Shown: positions 59,741 through 64,000 of the stretch, one piece after another
How the letters are laid out: every line of letters starts with the position of its first letter
Numbering within the stretch: position 1 is the first letter of the stretch
Assembly: GCA_043807825.1 (NCBI GenBank)
Contig: JAZDFM010000034.1
Location: 2,700-66,699, forward strand
Source: a bacterium
Lineage (GTDB): Bacteria; Patescibacteriota; Patescibacteriia; Patescibacteriales; GWC2-42-12
DNA: 64,000 nucleotides
Direction: 5' to 3'
Made by a program: the position numbers and the translations under genes
Notes under the pieces: generated by a model
The model's input: the letters and a program-made list of their open reading frames with translations, nothing else
Told to the model about the DNA's origin: nothing
The model's database searches: none

Positions 59741-60667
59741 TTAAAAATAATACGCCATTAAATAATCGTTTGACAAGCCTGTCAGATAGCGATCGTCAAG
59801 CCAATCCGGATTTAAAATAGCGTCAGCTTCCAGTCCGGCTTTGATTTTACGCAAAACTTCAATTTTAGCCGATTTAAAGCCGAAAGGATAAAGAAAAGCC
59901 GTATGGCGGCTCATATTTATATTATCATAATTGCCATATTTATCAAGCCGCGCGTCAAAATCTTCGGCCGCGCTTTTTAGGCAGTTTAAAATTCCGGTTT
60001 TGCCGGTTTTTTGATAAAGCCTGGACAAACAACTCATGGTAATGGAACAATATCCCAAATCAAAACCGCCGTATTCGGGAAAATATTTCTTTTTATCGTA
60101 TTCAGCAATTAAATATTCGGCTCGCCTGCCTGATTCCGCAAGAAAATCATCGCGATTAAGCGCTTTGCCAAAATTATAAAGCCCTATCGCCGAAGCCGCG
60201 ATTTGATTGGAAATATGCCAATTGCCGTTTTTTTTCAGCCATTCGCCGGTTTTTTCCAATTTATTTTTCCAGCCGCCTATCTCCAAGCCAAGCAGTTCTA
60301 TGGTTTCTATAATAATATACGCGCCAAAAGCCGTGGCGCAAAAAGATTGTTCATAAGGATAAATTTCGTCCACACTGCCATTTTTATTGGATTTTTCCAG
60401 CCAAAAATTTATTATGGCCTTGATTAAATTCAACGCTTTATCGTTTTTGCGCAAAAAACAATTTTCATCCGAATAAGCGAAAGCCAAAATCAAGCATGCC
60501 TCCTGATAGCGCGCGTTTGAATAATCGTTTAATTTATAATGCCAATAATTCCTGTCGCAACATCCGAAAGTTTTTGAATCGGCGTCCGCGTCAATAAAAC
60601 CCAAAATCCGCTTCAAGTGCTTATCGGGCTTTTGCTTGAATATCGCCAAATCATTGTTTAAAAACAT
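59741..60667 (-). CDS. uncharacterised enzyme (probable alpha/alpha toroid)
   Basis: GCCDRNYWHYK, NARYQEA, GSVDEIYPYE, SNQ, EYGGFDLGY motifs. Confidence 0.7.
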   Translation of the reverse strand: MFLNNDLAIFKQKPDKHLKRILGFIDADADSKTFGCCDRNYWHYKLNDYSNARYQEACLILAFAYSDENCFLRKNDKALNLIKAIINFWLEKSNKNGSVDEIYPYEQSFCATAFGAYIIIETIELLGLEIGGWKNKLEKTGEWLKKNGNWHISNQIAASAIGLYNFGKALNRDDFLAESGRRAEYLIAEYDKKKYFPEYGGFDLGYCSITMSCLSRLYQKTGKTGILNCLKSAAEDFDARLDKYGNYDNINMSRHTAFLYPFGFKSAKIEVLRKIKAGLEADAILNPDWLDDRYLTGLSNDYLMAYYF

Positions 60668-61034
60668 AATATTTATAGCTTAAAAATTTTACAAGCGGGA
60701 AAATCATGAAATTGATCGTAATCGCCAGCAAATAATTTATGTTCAAATTCACCGTAAAAACATAAAACAGAAAATTCATGGCGAAAAAGAAAAAAACCGC
60801 GGCCGCGATAAATTTCAATAAATTGGAGCGATTGGCCGAACAGCCGAAAATCTTGGAATTGCCGAAAAAGCTTATGAACAAATTAAAGCATGTGCTTATG
60901 GAATAAACAAGCCGCGGATTCAAATTAAAAAAATCCACGCCAACATAATTTATCAAATACATCGCGGCGACTCCGATCGCGCACAAAACAAAATACAAAT
61001 GCGCTTTTTCAAATATTTTTATTATATAATTCAT
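60651..61034 (-). CDS. GtrA-family flippase
   Basis: 127 aa, 4 TM, ends KYYVFK. Confidence 0.75.
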   Translation of the reverse strand: MNYIIKIFEKAHLYFVLCAIGVAAMYLINYVGVDFFNLNPRLVYSISTCFNLFISFFGNSKIFGCSANRSNLLKFIAAAVFFFFAMNFLFYVFTVNLNINYLLAITINFMIFPLVKFLSYKYYVFKQ

Positions 61035-61072
61035 AAATCAAAACCGTTAAATAATTAAATTTGCCTCTCTAT

Positions 61073-61145
61073 TGTCATTCCCGCGAAAGCGGGAATCCAT
61101 ATTCTATGCGCTAACTCCTGGATTCCCGCTTTCGCGGGAATGACA
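61073..61145. repeat. family-B REP inverted pair
   Basis: TGTCATTCCCGCGAAAGCGGGAATCCA..TGGATTCCCGCTTTCGCGGGAATGACA. Confidence 0.92.
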
Positions 61146-62286
61146 GAATAGAATTATTCAACGCTCTCAAATCATAAAAATCTATCATCTGCTTGGCTTT
61201 TTCTTTAATATTATTTTGCATGGCCCAAGCGACGCAATCTTCGGCGTTAATCGCTTTTTTGTTTAATATCAAATCCATTTTGCAGGCTATTTCTTCAGCA
61301 TTCCGCGGGTCAACGATAAAACCGGTTTTGCCGTTAATAATCGCTTCTTGGCAACCGGAATTTTTAGATCCTATGCACGGAACGGCTTTAGCATTGGCTT
61401 CCAAATATACCAAGCCGAAACCTTCAAAATCATTATTGATATTTACGGACGGCATCAAAAACAAATCTGCGTTGAAATAATATTCTTCCAACTCTTCATC
61501 TGTTGCTTTCCCTCTGAAAAATATTTTATTTTCAAATCCGTATCGCCTGATTTTTTCTGAAACTTTCAAATAATAATTATCATCCGGATCATATTTTCCT
61601 ATTATATTATAAATAAAATTATCAGAGAAATTATCATTATACAGCTTGCATGCTTCAACAGCTTCAAGTATTCCTTTTCGTGGCTTTATAACCCCGACAA
61701 ATAAAATTTTTTTTATCTTGTTGCCAATCTTGCGCGCCAAATCTATGGGCTTATGCGAATTCAAATTTATTCCGTTAGTGATAACTCTTGTTTTCTTATC
61801 AAGCTCCGGATGATAATTCAATAGATGATTTTTCGTATATTGGCTCACAGATATAATTCCATCCAATTTTTCATAATACTTTTCGGACAAGCGCCGAGAA
61901 ATTATTTTTTTAAAAAAATTATCAAGTAAAATATGCGGAACCGAATAAGTTCCGTGCAAAGTTATGAAAGTTTTGGCTTTTTTAATTTGCAAAAATGGCA
62001 ACAAACCGGCGTATGGCTCTGTCATAAAATGAACAATATCAGGAGAAAATTTATTGATTATTTTTTTAATTTTTAAGGCGGATAAAAAACAATTCTGTAA
62101 ATTCACCAAATATTCAGCCGACGCTTTCAATATTAAACATTCTTCTATTTCTTTTTGATCTGATTTCGCCGATGTTAAAGCTAAAACTCTATGCCCTGAA
62201 TTTTTAATTTCTTCAATAAGATCAAAACTGTATCTGCCGTAACCATCTTTTTTATCCAAATAATTTGTTAAAAATAAAATTTTCAT
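61111..62286 (-). CDS. GT4 glycosyltransferase
   Basis: FVGVIKPRKG, FEGFGLVYLEA; C-terminus encoded by a REP. Confidence 0.93.
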   Translation of the reverse strand: MKILFLTNYLDKKDGYGRYSFDLIEEIKNSGHRVLALTSAKSDQKEIEECLILKASAEYLVNLQNCFLSALKIKKIINKFSPDIVHFMTEPYAGLLPFLQIKKAKTFITLHGTYSVPHILLDNFFKKIISRRLSEKYYEKLDGIISVSQYTKNHLLNYHPELDKKTRVITNGINLNSHKPIDLARKIGNKIKKILFVGVIKPRKGILEAVEACKLYNDNFSDNFIYNIIGKYDPDDNYYLKVSEKIRRYGFENKIFFRGKATDEELEEYYFNADLFLMPSVNINNDFEGFGLVYLEANAKAVPCIGSKNSGCQEAIINGKTGFIVDPRNAEEIACKMDLILNKKAINAEDCVAWAMQNNIKEKAKQMIDFYDLRALNNSILSFPRKRESRS

Positions 62287-63119
62287 TTTGTTTTTTTAAG
62301 CATAAAACTGAAACTGCTTAAATAAAATACGGCTAAAAAATAAATAAAAGACCCCATTCTCGCAAATCTGAATATTTTTGAAATTTTTTGAAATTTAGAA
62401 TCTGCTATCAGTTCGGGATGCAAAATTTTGTATTTCTTCAAATCCACAACATCAAATCCTGATTCTCTTGCCATTTTTTTAAATTGCCAAACGGTAAAAT
62501 AATGCATGCTTGACAATTTCTGCATGCCGGCCGTTGAATTTTCTTTTTCTATATTGTTCAATTTAATAATCATTTCGCCTAAAAATCTTGGCATCCAATT
62601 TATAAATTTCAAATGATAATGAGCGTCATGAAAACCAAAGCGGTTTATCACGGTAATATGCATTTGGCCGTTTTCTTTCAAAATTCTAAAACTTTCTTTC
62701 AGCAATTCGCTGGGATTTTCGCAATGCTCCAATACATCGTTGCAGTAAATAAAATCAATGGAATCATCCGGAAAAGGCATTTTTTCTCCGCTATTTTCGC
62801 GCGCGTCAATATCAATTCCGTATCGCATAGCTCTTAATTTCGCGATATCAATATAATCATGATTCGGCTCTATGCCGATTACATCGTATCCTTTCAATTT
62901 CATCGCCACTAAAAAACCTCCCATTCCGGATCCAAGATCCAAAATCTTTTTTGTTTTCAGCGAAGGAACGAATTTTTCCAAAAAATCAATCGTCTTCTCC
63001 TGATATTTTTCATGCCAAATTCTTTCATTCTGCCATTTTAAAAAAATATTTCTCCGTTTGGCATGGCTGTTCCATTTAGCGATCAATTCATTCAATTTTT
63101 GTTCATTAGCATTTTGCAT
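62283..63119 (-). CDS. class I SAM methyltransferase
   Basis: ILDLGSGMGG, DVLEH, RILKENG. Confidence 0.9.
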   Translation of the reverse strand: MQNANEQKLNELIAKWNSHAKRRNIFLKWQNERIWHEKYQEKTIDFLEKFVPSLKTKKILDLGSGMGGFLVAMKLKGYDVIGIEPNHDYIDIAKLRAMRYGIDIDARENSGEKMPFPDDSIDFIYCNDVLEHCENPSELLKESFRILKENGQMHITVINRFGFHDAHYHLKFINWMPRFLGEMIIKLNNIEKENSTAGMQKLSSMHYFTVWQFKKMARESGFDVVDLKKYKILHPELIADSKFQKISKIFRFARMGSFIYFLAVFYLSSFSFMLKKTK

Positions 63120-64000
63120 TGTTTATGAATTTTAAAATATTATCCGCTCTTTTAAGCCAAGTATTATTTTTCACATCATTAAAAGCTTGCCGCGATATTT
63201 TATCAGCTAATTCATCGCCTTTCAAAGCTTTAAATATTCCTTCGGCCAAATCATCCGAATTATCGGGTTTGACTAAAATGGCGTTGTTTTCATTTAAAAT
63301 TTCTATCAAAGAAGGCAAATCAGAAGCGACAATCGGCCTGCCAGAAGCCATATATTCAAACAATTTCAATGGGGATGTCCAATATTTTGAAATTTTTTCT
63401 TTTGCCGAGTTAGGTAATACAAGCGCGTTCGCGGCTTTTAACCAATAAGGGATTTCAAAATGAGGCCTATGCCCGATTATTTTTATATTGTTTGAATTTT
63501 CAGATTTTTTTTCAAAATCAGCGATATCTTTTTCAGTTCCGCCGACAAATACGAACAAAACTTCAAGCCCTGAATTTATATTTTTAAATTTTTCAGCGGC
63601 TTGAAGAAGCGTATCCGCTCCTTTCCATTGATAAAGATGCCCGGTGTAAACAATTATTTTTTTATCTTGAGGCAAGCGCAATTTTTTTCTGGCTTCCGTC
63701 ATATCGCATTGAATGTCAAATTTTTCAATATCCGTTCCGTCAGGAGAAACAAAAATTTTATCTTCTTCTACTCCTTTTTCAATAAAAAGATCTTTCAACT
63801 TCCGCGTGATAACGATTATTTTTTTAGTTTTCCTGAAAAATCTTGAATACAAAAAATAATTTTCAGGAAAATCATGCGCCTCAAAAACAATATTATTTTT
63901 AAATAAGCACAGGGGCAGAAGAAATTTATCCCTGATATAAACAACATCGGCTTTTTTAAAAATAACCCGAATAAAAACAGAAACAAAAAAAGAAAAAGAC
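63106..64000 (-). CDS. GT4 glycosyltransferase (5' end beyond the window)
   Basis: YTGHLYQWKG, SPLKLFEYMASG; frame appears open towards the edge (..DVVYIRD..FEAHD..). Confidence 0.92.
   Translation of the reverse strand, partial: SFSFFVSVFIRVIFKKADVVYIRDKFLLPLCLFKNNIVFEAHDFPENYFLYSRFFRKTKKIIVITRKLKDLFIEKGVEEDKIFVSPDGTDIEKFDIQCDMTEARKKLRLPQDKKIIVYTGHLYQWKGADTLLQAAEKFKNINSGLEVLFVFVGGTEKDIADFEKKSENSNNIKIIGHRPHFEIPYWLKAANALVLPNSAKEKISKYWTSPLKLFEYMASGRPIVASDLPSLIEILNENNAILVKPDNSDDLAEGIFKALKGDELADKISRQAFNDVKNNTWLKRADNILKFINNAKC

Noticed and set aside
2021-61145. CRISPR array interpretation of the recurring ~35-bp repeats
   Set aside because: Copies are dispersed, inverted and internally variable, with no regular repeat-spacer array and no cas genes.

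Overview
64-kb chromosomal segment of a low-GC bacterium using standard code 11. Gene content and style point to Patescibacteria/CPR, probably a Parcubacteria such as Falkowbacteria (inference). In order: a membrane protein and the N-terminus of a Zn-finger/TM gene running off the left edge; secE-nusG-rplK-rplA; an ECF sigma/anti-sigma/MacAB-type efflux operon; thyA-folA-kinase-(tmk-dut fusion); gatB; miaB-miaA; hrcA-grpE-hsp20-dnaK-dnaJ under a perfect CIRCE; mreD-mrdA; a dcw cluster (mraY-ftsW-[higBA]-murG-[mtaD]-murC); a type IV pilus cluster; iscU-nfu-iscS; an L,D-transpeptidase; a small low-GC island; rpmA, pyrG, ctpA; and a large surface-glycan locus with four SAM methyltransferases, a B12-radical SAM enzyme and a GtrA/GT2/GT-C module. 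No rRNA, tRNA, CRISPR array or transposase was recognised. The non-obvious layer is non-coding. There are about 11 loci of GTCATT-tagged REP-like palindromes and MITEs, some nested and some supplying protein sequence (MurG N-terminus, MiaA and GT4 C-termini). Two orphan genes sit in cassettes of promoter, structured leader and strong SD, one with a G8 tract in the promoter spacer. Many genes look leaderless, and an ECF-type promoter lies inside the 3' end of its own sigma gene.
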